A stretch of DNA of 63,968 bases, the filler included, from Octopus bimaculoides (lineage: Eukaryota), in the NCBI RefSeq assembly GCF_001194135.2. It is 5 parts of 4 records of this genome, joined end to end, with 100 filler letters (N's around TTAATTAATTAA, not from the genome) between each part and the next. Parts side by side here need not be neighbours in the genome. Positions count along the whole stretch, not along the records: positions 1 to 25,796 come from NC_069005.1; 4 more parts are not named here. One strand, written 5' to 3'. This document shows, in pieces, positions 1 through 10,917 of the stretch. The notes under the pieces were generated by a model, which was not told where the DNA came from, ran no database searches, and saw nothing but the letters and a program-made list of their open reading frames with translations. The position numbers were made by a program, and so were the translations under genes. How positions within the stretch are numbered: position 1 is the first letter of the stretch; every line of letters begins with the position of its first letter.

Positions 1-58
1 ATATATATATATATATATATATATATACAAATGACTGTTTAATATTGCCTCTCCCCAG

Positions 59-169
59 TTGGTAATGGAATATATACCAGGCAAGAAGTTGTCAGAAATC
101 ATCAAGTCGGAGAAACGTGGATATACTCCGGTCTTAGCTGAAATGCTTATCTCCTACGTATCAAGAAAG
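59..169 (+). CDS. PAK/STE20-like Ser/Thr kinase, coding exon A (subdomains V-VIa): LVMEYIPGKKLSEIIKSEKRGYTPVLAEMLISYVSRK; upstream exons lie outside the window
   Basis: Acceptor ctccccag|TTG at 58/59 and donor AAG|gtaggt at 169/170. 111 nt, phase 0/0. VMEY hinge motif; joins in frame to the next exon (CLSAL). Confidence 0.85.
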
Positions 170-221
170 GTAGGTGGTCTGTGTGTATGCACATGTGTGT
201 GTGTATGTGTGTGTGTGTGTG

Positions 222-372
222 TGTAACTGGTTCTCCGTCGGTTATCATGACGTGTGTTCTAGGTGATCCAATCAACATAGCAATATGCTCGTGAAATTAA
301 CGTGTAAGCGACTGAGCACTCCACGGACACGCATACCCTTAGTGTAGTTCCCGGGGAGATTCAGTGTAACAA
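222..372 (-). mobile_element. tRNA-derived SINE family C, 3' fragment
   Basis: Reverse complement matches the 3' part of the copies at 4160-4540 and 32765-33087 (aagggtatgcgtgtccgtggagtgctcag). Confidence 0.7.
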
Positions 373-753
373 AGAATGTATATATGTATGTATATATGTA
401 TGTATGTTTGTATGAGGTAATATTTATATCCAACCTAACACGGCAGTCTTGTTAGAACAACGAAAACTGCGTTTATCAGCTTCGAGAAATCCTCTCATGA
501 AGGCGCTTGTTTCATGAAAGCACCTACATAGAATTGAAGTTAACGGGTTTTATAGTTTTGGCACTTTTTAAAGGTAAATTTCTGTGGTTTTAGAACAAAA
601 ATTGATATTCTTTTTTTTTTCTATAATAAAAATTAACGCTAACGGTTTATCGATCACTTCCGATACATTTTAAAAGAATTAACTGATTAACGGTTATCGA
701 AGTTAACTTTTCGATTAACGGTGCCCACCTTTGATCTATTTTAATCATTATAG

Positions 754-853
754 TGCTTGTCTGCGCTGGCGTATCTGCATGAACGGAACATCATCCACCT
801 TGACATCAAAGCAGACAATATTTTCCTGACCGTCTTTGGAAACGTCAAACTCT
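754..853 (+). CDS. PAK-like kinase exon B (catalytic loop): CLSALAYLHERNIIHLDIKADNIFLTVFGNVKL
   Basis: Acceptor cattatag| at 753/754 and donor CTCT|gtgagt at 853/854. 100 nt, phase 0/1. HxDIKxxN catalytic loop similar to PAK HRDIKSDN. Confidence 0.92.
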
Positions 854-1112
854 GTGAGTTGTTTTCTCGACTTTTTAACCGTTGTTGTTGCTGTCGTTGT
901 CTTTTCAGGAGAAGTGTATCTAGGACTACATTGTTCCGTTGAATTACTTCTTGTATAAAACGACGAATATGTGATTTGAAACCCATGACACAAATTTTAC
1001 ATTCATTATATCACAAAGACGAAACTACTGTGCGTGTGTATGTATATGTGTGTATATGTATGTGCGTGCGTATGTGTGTATGTGTGTGTGTGTATACATA
1101 TATACATATATG

Positions 1113-1194
<82 letters not shown>

Positions 1195-1302
1195 TGTATA
1201 TATGTGTGTATGTATGTATGTATGTATGTATGTATGTATATACATTGCCCCTCTTAGTCAGCTCTTTAACAATATTTTCTTCTCAATTCTCTGTTACTGC
1301 AG

Positions 1303-1399
1303 ACGACTTTGGACTCTGTGTTGAACTAAAGAAGCCCTGGTGTACATCAGCATTTGTCAGAGGGACGCCAAATTGGGTTTCGCCGGAAGTCCTGCAGCA
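1303..1399 (+). CDS. PAK-like kinase exon C (activation segment): (Y)[31 protein letters not shown](Q)
   Basis: Acceptor ttactgcag| at 1302/1303 and donor CA|gtaagt at 1399/1400. 97 nt, phase 1/2. DFG and GTPxWxSPE (APE-equivalent) motifs. Confidence 0.92.
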
Positions 1400-1518
1400 G
1401 TAAGTCACTCTTCGACTATGATATACTCTGAGTTATAATAAAGGCTTCTATTCATAATTTATACAGGACTACATTACGTAATGAAAGCTTTTTCTCTTTT
1501 AACCTGTCCATAGATATA

Positions 1519-2014
1519 CAATAATCCCTCAACTATCGCGTGGGGTTACGCTCCAAAACCTCCGCAATAGGTGAAAATCTACAAAGTAGAAACAGTACTG
1601 TATATTTTTGTTTTATTATTTTTATAATTTGTATATATTTATTTTATTATAAATACAAAAAAACACCACACACTCGCCTCCCGTGTTTCGTTTTCCATAC
1701 AGTATGTCCGATTCTTCGTTTATTCATCATCTACGAAACACTACGTATTTTCTTTTAATATATTTTAATTAAAGTGTTATGCAGTACAGTACTGTACGGT
1801 ATCTTTATTTCTCAATTTATTCATTTTTAGGCGTAAAAATGCTTATTTTACCGCAGAAATAATTAAAATCCCCTCTCCCTCCCAAATATAAATACCTCTC
1901 AGCCGCAGAAATCCGCGATATACTGAGGAGTCCGCGATATAAATTTACATATATTAGCCAGAAAAATCCGCGATGTACTGAGTGCACAATAGGTGAACTG
2001 CAATATGGCGAGGG

Positions 2015-2017
<3 letters not shown>
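1519..2017. mobile_element. Non-autonomous Tigger/pogo-like MITE in kinase intron
   Basis: Degenerate terminal inverted repeats (caataatccctcaactatcgcg ... gcaatatggcgagggat), TA flanks, and internal repeated atccgcgat motifs. Confidence 0.55.
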
Positions 2018-2068
<51 letters not shown>

Positions 2069-2177
2069 GTCAAAACTGATTTTTGGTCAATAACTGAAGA
2101 GGCGTCCACATCTTTAGTGTGTTGTCGTGTTTCCTGTTTCACTATGTTTCTTCGATGTCTTTCTGTGCAACAATTTA

Positions 2178-2209
<32 letters not shown>

Positions 2210-2315
2210 CATCTAGCTATCTATCTATCTGTGTGCGTGCGTGTGTGTGTGTGTGTTGTGATATTTAAATAAGACTATATGATATTACGACAGCTTATTT
2301 TTGTTTATGTTTTAG

Positions 2316-2415
2316 ACGCCTCTACACAAGCAAAAGTGACATATGGAGCTTTGGTGTGACCGTTGTGGAGATGATCACCGGATATCCGCTGAATAGTACC
2401 AACTTTCCTAATGAA
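2316..2415 (+). CDS. PAK-like kinase exon D (subdomain IX): RLYTSKSDIWSFGVTVVEMITGYPLNSTNFPNE
   Basis: Acceptor gttttag| at 2315/2316 and donor GAA|gtacga at 2415/2416. 100 nt, phase 2/0. DIWSxG and EMxxG motifs. Confidence 0.88.
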
Positions 2416-2663
2416 GTACGATGCACTTTAACTCTCTCTCTCTCTTTCTTTCTCTCTCTCTCCCAGTTTGTCTTGCGTACAGGTTACTGGTCTACAGACT
2501 TCCGTGTTTCTAAGGTTTACTAAGTCTCACCAGATAGTTTTATTGATATTTGAAAGAATGAATTTGTTTTCATGGCAACACGTAGCAATTAGCTCTGATC
2601 TTGTAATAAGGAAAAACAGATCACCTTCAACAAAACTATTCTTTCTTTTCTTCTACTTTTCAG

Positions 2664-2801
2664 TATTCAATGGATTCTAGAAATTTTATCAAGTTAAGAT
2701 TCAACGGGGAACACAATTTATCGACTGAAATCGTCCATTTCCTTAGTCTATGTCTTAGGATAGACTACAAACAGAGACCCTCAACAACAGAATTACTAAA
2801 T
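2664..2801 (+). CDS. PAK-like kinase exon E (subdomains X-XI): YSMDSRNFIKLRFNGEHNLSTEIVHFLSLCLRIDYKQRPSTTELLN
   Basis: Acceptor cttttcag| at 2663/2664 and donor AAT|gtaatg at 2801/2802. 138 nt, phase 0/0. FLxxCLxxDxxxRPSxxELL subdomain XI with the invariant Arg. Confidence 0.88.
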
Positions 2802-2843
2802 GTAATGAAAAGTTTCTTTATTATTATTATTATTATTATTATT

Positions 2844-3295
2844 AAGGAAACGAGCTGTTAGATTCGTTATCACGCCGGACAAAATACTTAGCGGCATTTC
2901 GTCTAGGCATCATGAGTTTAAATGCCACCGAGGTCGGCTTTGCTCTTCATCCTTTCGGGGTCGATAAATTAAGTACCAGTGAAACACTGGGGTCGATGTA
3001 GTCGACTAGTCCCCTCCCCCAAAATTTGAGGCATGTGTCTTCAGTAGAAGGGATAAAGGCAGCGAGCTGGCAGAACCGTTAGCACGCCGGGCAAAATGCT
3101 TAACGGTATTTCGCCCGCCTTTACGTTCTGAGTTCAAATTCCACCGAGGTCGACTTTGCGTTTCATCCTTTCGGGGGTCGATGAATTAAGTACCAGCTGC
3201 GTACTGGGGACGATCTAATTGACTGTCCTCCTCCCCCCAAATTTCAGGTCTTGTATCTAGAGTAGAAAGGTTTATTATCATTATTATTATTATTA
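2844..3295 (+). mobile_element. Two tandem copies of SINE family A (2844-3054 and 3056-3295)
   Basis: Both carry the shared core gagttcaaattccaccgaggtcgactttgc..tcatcctttcggggtcgataaattaagtaccag; the second ends in an (ATT)n tail. Confidence 0.85.
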
Positions 3296-3731
3296 GTAGT
3301 AGTAGTAGTAGTAGGAGGAGGAGGAGTGTAGTAGATTGGAAGACTCATTAGATTTTTAAAGACAACTATGTAGTCAGGGAGAAAGTAAATGTAATCGCCA
3401 ATATCTGTCGCCCTACCCCTTAAGACNNNNNNNNNNNNNNNNNNNNNNNNNNNNNNNNNNNNNNNNNNNNNNNNNNNNNNNNNNNNNNNNNNNNNNNNNN
3501 NNNNNNNNNNNNNNNNNNNNNNNNNNNNNNNNNNNNNNNNNNNNNNNAGATTAGCAACAACACGCACATGCACACGCATACACATACACACACGCGTGCA
3601 CACACATACACGCACGCACACACGCACACGCTCGCACAAACACACACATGCACGCTCGCACACACACACAAAGACACATCAGCCGTGACTACAATCTCAC
3701 TTGGCTTGACAGGTTTACACAAGCACAGTGT

Positions 3732-3948
3732 ATTCTTTTCCACTCTAGGCACAAGGCCCTAAATTTTGCAGGAGGGGGGCAGTTGATTAGATCGACCCCA
3801 GTACACAACTGCTACTTAATTTATCGACCCTGAAAGGATGAAAAGCAAAGTTGACCTCGGCAGAATTTGAACTCAGAGCGTTAAGATAGACGAAATGCTT
3901 CTAAGTATTTCGCCTGGCGTGCTAACGTTTATGCCAGCTCTCCACCTT
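3732..3948 (-). mobile_element. SINE family A copy
   Basis: Reverse complement of the family A core (cttaatttatcgaccctgaaaggatgaaaagcaaagttgacctcgg). Confidence 0.85.
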
Positions 3949-4140
3949 ACAAGCACAATATATGGCCAAAAGTCTTGGTGACCTGTCACTGCCTCCATGA
4001 GGCCCAATACTTGAAAGGTACTTTGTACATTCCATGGGCACGGGTGCCACTCAAACAGCAATGGCATCAGCCATGATGATTTCAGAGCTCAGGTCTGACG
4101 TGAACAATCCAAGTTTCAAACTAATTGGGTCTCCTTTCAG

Positions 4141-4152
4141 CATCATTTATAA
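4141..4152 (+). CDS. Candidate terminal exon of the kinase (HHL-stop)
   Basis: Branch-like ctaat plus pyrimidine tract ending ctttcag at 4140, followed by CAT CAT TTA TAA. Phase 0 and starts with His as PAK last exons do (HPFL), but it is very short and a SINE begins 8 nt after the stop. Confidence 0.25.
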   Translation, partial: HHL

Positions 4153-4159
4153 TCTGGTG

Positions 4160-4540
4160 TGGAGGCGCAATGGTCCAGTGGTTACGGCAGTGGACTCACG
4201 GTCATAGGATCACGGTTTCGATTCTCAGACCGGGCGTTGTGAGTGTTTATTGAGCGAAAACACCTAAAGCTCCACGAGGCTCCAGCACAGGGGTGAACCC
4301 TGCTGTACTCTTTCTCCACAACTTTCTCTCACTCTTTCTTCCTGTTGTGCTTGTATTTCAAAGGGTCAGTCTTGTCGCACTCTGTGTCACACTGAATCTC
4401 CCTGAAAACTACGTTAAGGGTATACGTGTCTGTGGAGCGCTCAGCCACTTGCACGTTAAATATCATGAGCAGGCTGTTTCGTTGATCAGATCAGCTGGAA
4501 CCCTTATCGTCGAAAACGAGACGGAGTGCCACAACAATAA
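4160..4540 (+). mobile_element. tRNA-derived SINE family C, near full length
   Basis: tRNA-like head with A-box (ggcgcaatggtccagtggtta) and B-box-like ggtttcgattctc; near-identical to 32765-33087; (CAA) tail. Confidence 0.85.
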
Positions 4541-5139
4541 TCTGATAGTAAATTTTATAGTAGTGAAATCACAAATGAAAACAACTAACTCAATAGATTT
4601 TTTTAAAGAAAATTTTATTATAATTAATCAATTAATTTTTTTTTTTTAATATTATTTTCATTTTTATTTCAAATATTTTGGTACACTTTTTTTTTTTCCT
4701 TCTGCAGTTTGGATTATGTTAAAATATTCAATGTTATGTCTGTTATCAAATATTGATTTGTTGTATAATCACAAGGTCATAACATTTGCTTCGAATTGGA
4801 TATAATCAATTACATCCACCTCAGTATATAACTGGTACGTATATTTTTTTTTCTTCTTTAACGATCTTCAGAGACAAACAAATGACCAGCAACAGAATTT
4901 GGATTTAGTGATTACGCCTATCCTCGTTTATTGCTGATTCATTAATCACTAATCTGGGATAACATGGTACGCTCAGTTGAGAACCATGTTATGCTTATCA
5001 CGGTTTATCACAAATTGATCTGTGATAACATGACTCTGCGATCAGCCAAAGAGTCTGCTTATACCACAAAAACACACCCCAGCAACCACCCATGATGCTC
5101 AGCTACCCAGAATACACTTTTTATACGGATTTACATACT

Positions 5140-5262
5140 TCATCATCATCCTCATCATTGTTGTATAACGTCCGCTTTCCATGCTAGCATGGGTTGGACG
5201 ATTTGACTGAGGACTGGTGGGCCAGGAGGCGACACCAGGCTCCAATCTGATTTGGCAGAGTT
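5140..5262 (-). mobile_element. RTE-type 3' tail (LINE or RTE-dependent SINE) with (GAT)n end
   Basis: Reverse complement reads gtccaacccatgctagcatggaaagcggacgttata-(gat)n, the same motif as at 12075-12130. Confidence 0.7.
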
Positions 5263-5289
5263 TCTACAGCTGGATGAAAAGTATGAGGA

Positions 5290-5534
5290 TGCTTTTTCCT
5301 TACAAACGACAGACAAGTGTATTGTCTACAGGGAGAGGTAGATCACTACTTGACAGTAGAAGTTTCACTGCTATGAGCCGCAAGTTTGGTGTCAAGGAAT
5401 CGACCCTCCGTTCTATTTACAAACTGCATGAAGAGGGTTCATTTATCATCTTTCTTTTTTCAGAACCAGAGCCCTCTGTGATAAACAACAAAAGGATGTA
5501 TATACAGCAATACCTTCAGGACTGTTCACCTTAA
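5290..5534 (+). mobile_element. Tigger/pogo transposase remnant (CENP-B/psq-type HTH)
   Basis: Translation ..SFTAMSRKFGVKESTLRSIYK.. resembles the Tigger N-terminal HTH; no catalytic domain follows. Confidence 0.5.
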
Positions 5535-6059
5535 AGCTTCGGCCGAAATCCGCTGCTCACATATTTAATATCAAATGAGAATTACAGATTTCAAAATCAC
5601 TTGCCTTTTTTTTTTTGAATTTATGCAAAAACTAAAAATAAAAATATGGAAGTTATTAAATTCATTTTTTTTTTTACTGAGTATTTTGTCCATAAAAAAA
5701 AACTCAACAGAAAATGGAATTCTGTTTCAATTAAACTCGAAAAAAAAACAAAAAAAAACCTTAAATATTGAAATATTTTTAATTAAGTTTAAAGCTTTCA
5801 AGTTGGTGGTAGTGGTGGTGGTGGGGCGCAAGGAAGAGAAACAAGAAGTTCACCAAAGAAGATGATAACCGTCTTTGAGTTTGTGTTCTTTTCAAGAACA
5901 ATAATTAGTGCATTAAATAAAGTTTTTCTTTCTGAACAGAAATCAAAAGCAGAAAGACAAGAATGTCACATCTAAATCTTTAAACATGGAAAAATGATCA
6001 AGGGGAAGTAAGTCAGTATGTTGTGATGAAGGAACTCAAGAATTCGAATGAAGGGGCCC

Positions 6060-6620
6060 AGCATTTCATCCGTCTTTGCATCCAGAGTTCAAATTCCACC
6101 AAGGTCAACTTCACCTTTCATCTTTTCGGGGTCAATAAATTAAGTACTAGTCAAGCACTTGGGTTGATGTAATCTATGAGACCCCCTCCCTAAAAATTTC
6201 AGGCCTTGTTCTTATAGCAGAAAGGAATATTATCATTATTATTGCTGCTGCTGTTGTTTGCTTATCGTTAGTGCAGCGTGAAAACACCCAACAGACCCTG
6301 TAAAGTGGTTGGCGTTGGGAAGGACTGGACTGGATTGGCAAATGTTTTAAGGGCCACTGAAAGGCTAGTCTCAGCAGGAATCAAACTCACAATAGAGAAC
6401 TCAATAAGGAAACATATTTTGCCCAATGCTTTACCAATTTTACCAATAATAATAATAATAATAACAATAATCCTTTTTACAATAGACACAAGGCCTGAAA
6501 TTTTGGAGGAGAGAGAAAGTCGATCACATCATCCCCCCAGGATTCAGCAAGTACTTACATTATTGATCCTAAAGGATGAAGAGTAAAGTTGACTTTGGCA
6601 GAATTTAAACTCAGAGTGGT
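6060..6620. mobile_element. Two SINE family A copies in opposite orientation (6060-6240 +, 6445-6620 -)
   Basis: Family A core on both strands with (ATT)/(AAT) tails. Confidence 0.75.
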
Positions 6621-7189
6621 AAAATCTTGTATTGGACTAGAAAGGTGGAAAAAAAAAAAGGACAAAAAAAAAAAAATAATAATTGACCTTAGCAGGATTT
6701 GATCTTGAGATATCACACACAACATATTTTTTTTTTACCTGGTACTCTACTAACCATCATCCACCTCATTGTGTTTCTCTTTGAAATAATACTGAAAGGC
6801 TTTGTTAATAAATATCAACCAACCAGAATTAATATTTGATAAACTGGTGTGAGGATTTTGACTAGAACATCCACTGTTGGGGTAATTAGCATTTAATCCA
6901 GCCCTAACTGGCTTAAATACACATTTTATGTTAAACTGGCTAGATCTGGCCTCTCACACATATCCTACATTGTCACTCTGAAAATAAACAATCACATCAC
7001 TGAAGTCTCAAAGCTACAAGATAATGCACGATTAATTCAAAACCATGTGAATAAATGAGGATAACATTTGATAGGGTAAGCTGAATGCTATGGGCTTAAG
7101 TAATTGAGAGTAAAAACATACGTGAAATCCTCTTTAAAGTTCAGAGTTTTGTAGAAGTAACTGAAAGTATCTTCAGTGTTAGCAACCAA

Positions 7190-7890
7190 ATGAGCAATGA
7201 CGGAGATTATTTTGTGAGTGTAGTAGCTAGAGTAAGAACACGATAGAAAAGAAAAAGCTCAGAGAGCTATTACCTCTGCAGGCAACAAAACAAATCTCTC
7301 ACCAAATGAAAGATAGAGAGCATGATACTTGGTAATGGAAACGTGGATATTGAATGCAGAAGATGCATAAAGCTGAAAAGAAACGAGGTAATCATACTTT
7401 GCTGGGTATATAATATTAATGTATCTGGATGACAGAATACAAATGAGGTGAGAACAAGAAATGGGCATAAGAGGAATCACCTGTTATGGGAGAGAAGCCC
7501 TCAGGTGGTAAGGCCATGACGATATATAATTGGTTGGGTTAATTAGCAGTTAGGGTATTCACGAGTTCTCTCAAAATGCTCAATGGGCTCCTTAGAAAAA
7601 ATATGATACTTTTGGTATCTAGGATACCAGATAAAACTGAGAATAAAAGGAATCAGATGTAGTGGGATAGGAATGGACATGTGATGTCTGTGGAAGAATG
7701 TGATTGGCTAAAGTGTCATGTGATACAAATGGAAGAACCTGCGGAGGGGGAAGACTATGAAAGACAAGGGAAGAAATGGTGAAGGGTAATCTCAGGATGT
7801 TTGGACCTTAGAAGTGAGATGACAAAGCTCAGCAACAAGTGGTAAGGTGCTGTGATGGGAAGACCTGGCCAACCCACGTAAATAGTGGAA
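7190..7890 (+). mobile_element. Decayed RTE-clade LINE, 3' part of the RT ORF
   Basis: Broken translation SVVARVR..RELLPL and GTCGGGRL*KT...DLRMFGP matches RTE C-terminal motifs (SVVARVRxGW.KFRELLPLL; GxCGRGRPRKTW); many stops and frameshifts. Confidence 0.75.
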
Positions 7891-7910
7891 AATGAATGGG
7901 AAAAAAAAAA

Positions 7911-7947
<37 letters not shown>

Positions 7948-8933
7948 GTAGATCAGTGTCTGTGTGTCACTTTGAAATCTATATATTCGAACCGTGAATT
8001 CAGCAGAGCCACCTAGNNNNNNNNNNNNNNNNNNNNNNNNNNNNNNNNNNNNNNNNNNNNNNNNNNNNNNNNNNNNNNNNNNNNNNNNNNNNNNNNNNNN
8101 NNNNNNNNNNNNNNNNNNNNNNNNNNNNNNNNNNNNNNNNNNNNNNNNNNNNNNNNNNNNNNNNNNNNNNNNNNNNNNNNNNNNNNNNNNNNNNNNNNNN
8201 NNNNNNNNNNNNNNNNNNNNNNNNNNNNNNNNNNNNNNNNNNNNNNNNNNNNNNNNNNNNNNNNNNNNNNNNNNNNNNNNNNNNNNNNNNNNNNNNNNNN
8301 NNNNNNNNNNNNNNNNNNNNNNNNNNNNNNNNNNNNNNNNNNNNNNNNNNNNNNNNNNNNNNNNNNNNNNNNNNNNNNNNNNNNNNNNNNNNNNNNNNNN
8401 NNNNNNNNNNNNNNNNNNNNNNNNNNNNNNNNNNNNNNNNNNNNNNNNNNNNNNNNNNNNNNNNNNNNNNNNNNNNNNNNNNNNNNNNNNNNNNNNNNNN
8501 NNNNNNNNNNNNNNNNNNNNNNNNNNNNNNNNNNNNNNNNNNNNNNNNNNNNNNNNNNNNNNNNNNNNNNNNNNNNNNNNNNNNNNNNNNNNNNNNNNNN
8601 NNNNNNNNNNNNNNNNNNNNNNNNNNNNNNNNNNNNNNNNNNNNNNNNNNNNNNNNNNNNNNNNNNNNNNNNNNNNNNNNNNNNNNNNNNNNNNNNNNNN
8701 NNNNNNNNNNNNNNNNNNNNNNNNNNNNNNNNNNNNNNNNNNNNNNNNNNNNNNNNNNNNNNNNNNNNNNNNNNNNNNNNNNNNNNNNNNNNNNNNNNNN
8801 NNNNNNNNNNNNNNNNNNNNNNNNNNNNNNATATACACACACACACACATATATTCCATATGCATGTGTCTATGTGTATGTATATATATTTATACACACA
8901 CGCATTCATATATACATATAAATATATACATAC

Positions 8934-8969
<36 letters not shown>

Positions 8970-9145
8970 TTACATATACAAAAAATACCATAAATAAAAA
9001 AATTTATAAAATAAATAATAATAATAAAAAAATACTCATTACCTGAGGAATGACAGTTCTTATGTTTTCTTTTGCCTCTTACTCTTCCTCAATTCTCTGC
9101 TTTCCCTCTTACCATTATTATAATTATTGTTGTTGTTGTTGTTTG

Positions 9146-10126
9146 CTATTGTTCGGCATCTGAACCAAGTCTGTCCAGCATGTGGTAGTTGAAATGGACT
9201 CGGTTTTCAAGGAAGACTTCGTTGGTTTTCTCCAGACTGACCGGTAAGCAACAACATCGGTCAGTGAGCGCCAGTTTGTATGTGATGAGCCAGATGATAA
9301 AGATGACTATGAAATTGGCCATGCCATGGGCCGCAAAGTACGTGGACAGAATGCTGATGTTGTAGTCCGTAATGTCCCACTTGTACGGGGAGCAGATGAT
9401 CGTACCATAGTGGCACAGCCACGTGCCCTGCACAAGTGTGACGAACGAGCGAACAAACGGGAAGACCACCTGGTTGCGATAGTGGAACTCCAGTATGGTC
9501 ACCACGACGGTCATAATGGCACAGTAAGTGACCAAGTTCTCGCCGATCGAAGCCAGGCTGTCGTCTCGTTCGTCGTCCATGACGTAGTGGCCGAACAGGA
9601 TGGCCTCGACGCCGAACGCAAATATGAAGATGCAGTAGTCGAGGCCCTGCGGCAGGCTGTAAGTGCACGTCTGTGACCCGATGTTCACCAAACACGAGAG
9701 TCCGAAAGCCACGAGGATTATGCAAGACCGCAATTTCAACATACTGTTTTTGCTGTCGTTCACTTCACCACCCCCTCCAACACCACCGCCGGCCCAATTG
9801 ACCCCAGGCACATGTCGGTAATTTGTGACGAGCAAAAGGCCACAGATAATCAGGCAGATCTCTATGAAACTCTGGATCAGCTGCTTCCAGCGTTGCTTGC
9901 TGCAGGGGTAGACGAGCGACGAATGGAATTCCACATGTTTCCACCTCATGAAGAAGAAGATGCGGGTCGTTTGTACGGTCCACCATAACGAGTACAAAAT
10001 GAACATGACTCCGAGGATGAGGAAGTCAATGTAAGCACAAGAGAGTTCAGTGTTGCTGTTGTTGCCGCTGCTGCCACTGGCCGATGCATCACTGCCTCCT
10101 TGAGTTGCGTTTGCACTGTGCACCAT
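9146..10126 (-). CDS. TMEM45: TMEM45 / DUF716-family multi-pass membrane protein (326 aa), intronless CDS
   Basis: Long GC-rich ORF with about 7 hydrophobic segments. Family motifs LPQGLDY..FxVEAILF, LEFHYRNQVVFPFVRSFVTLVQGTW, WDxxD and YFAAH align by eye with TMEM45B ([43 protein letters not shown], CFCWH). A splice acceptor (ttctttcag) lies 7 nt upstream of the ATG, with an in-frame TAA just before the ATG. Confidence 0.88.
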   Translation of the reverse strand: MVHSANATQGGSDASASGSSGNNSNTELSCAYIDFLILGVMFILYSLWWTVQTTRIFFFMRWKHVEFHSSLVYPCSKQRWKQLIQSFIEICLIICGLLLVTNYRHVPGVNWAGGGVGGGGEVNDSKNSMLKLRSCIILVAFGLSCLVNIGSQTCTYSLPQGLDYCIFIFAFGVEAILFGHYVMDDERDDSLASIGENLVTYCAIMTVVVTILEFHYRNQVVFPFVRSFVTLVQGTWLCHYGTIICSPYKWDITDYNISILSTYFAAHGMANFIVIFIIWLITYKLALTDRCCCLPVSLEKTNEVFLENRVHFNYHMLDRLGSDAEQ

Positions 10127-10354
10127 CCTTTAACTGAAAGAAACAAACAGAAGAAAATTATCCATCATCATCATCGTCGTCGTCATCGTTAATATTATTA
10201 TTATCACCACAACTATCATTATCACTATGAATGCCACAACCAACAACCACCACTGACGCTGCCACCACAACCACAACCACAACCACCAACACTACCACTA
10301 CTATCACTATCATCGATACTGCCATCACCACTACCACCACCAACAACAACAACA

Positions 10355-10917
10355 ACACTTATTCTTTGGGGTTTCAATAATTCACTTCTGGAAATATGGG
10401 TATTTTATTTTTCAAAATCCTTAAACAACCCTTATTCAGGGACCTTTTGACCAAGATGGGCTGCTTCACCTGAAGAAAATTCTAACTGGACCCCACCTGC
10501 AAGGTTATGCACTGTTTATCTTGATATAAGATCACCATGTCGCGCACATGTGGTTGTGATGCATGTGCCTGGTGTACCCTTATCAGACGGGTAGTCATGA
10601 TGGGTATACTGGGCTTCGTGTATTTTACCCCAGTGTCACTTTGATGGCATACACTGCTCTTTCTCACCCAATAATAATAATAATAATAATAATAATAATC
10701 CTTTCTACTGTAGGCACAGGGCCTGAAATTTGGGGGGAGGGGAATAATCGATTGCATCAACCCCAGTACACAACTGGTACTTAATTTATCAACCTTGAAA
10801 AGATGAAAGGCAAAATCAACCTCGGTGGGGAATTTGAACACAAAACATAAAGATGGATGAAATGTTACTGAGTATTTTTTACCTGGCATGCTAACGAGTC
10901 TGCCAGCTCAAAGCCTT
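10355..10917 (-). mobile_element. SINE family D copy (10355-10670) followed by SINE family A copy (10670-10917)
   Basis: Family D sequence (aaacaacccttattcagggaccttttga..cccacctgcaaggt..gtcatgatgggtatactgggcttcg) recurs at 24090-24395 and 46360-46885; family A core follows. Confidence 0.8.

Noticed and set aside
2467-2514. Possible 48-nt mini-exon (FVLRTGYWSTDFRVSK) between kinase exons D and E
   Set aside because: It would need a 51-nt intron and has a weak donor (gtttac). Without it, the G-to-LS spacing (32 aa) already equals that of PAK1.
4160-4240. tRNA-like sequences at SINE heads (also 32765 and 48590)
   Set aside because: A/B boxes are followed by conserved SINE bodies and no full cloverleaf is seen; these are SINE heads, not tRNA genes.
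5464-5534. Acceptor-like tttcag as a kinase last exon
   Set aside because: Wrong phase for an H-starting exon, and it lies inside a Tigger-like remnant.
9261-9725. Alternative-frame and antisense ORFs overlapping TMEM45-like (9261-9725 -, 9326-9676 +)
   Set aside because: Shadow ORFs expected from high GC at third codon positions; no motifs.
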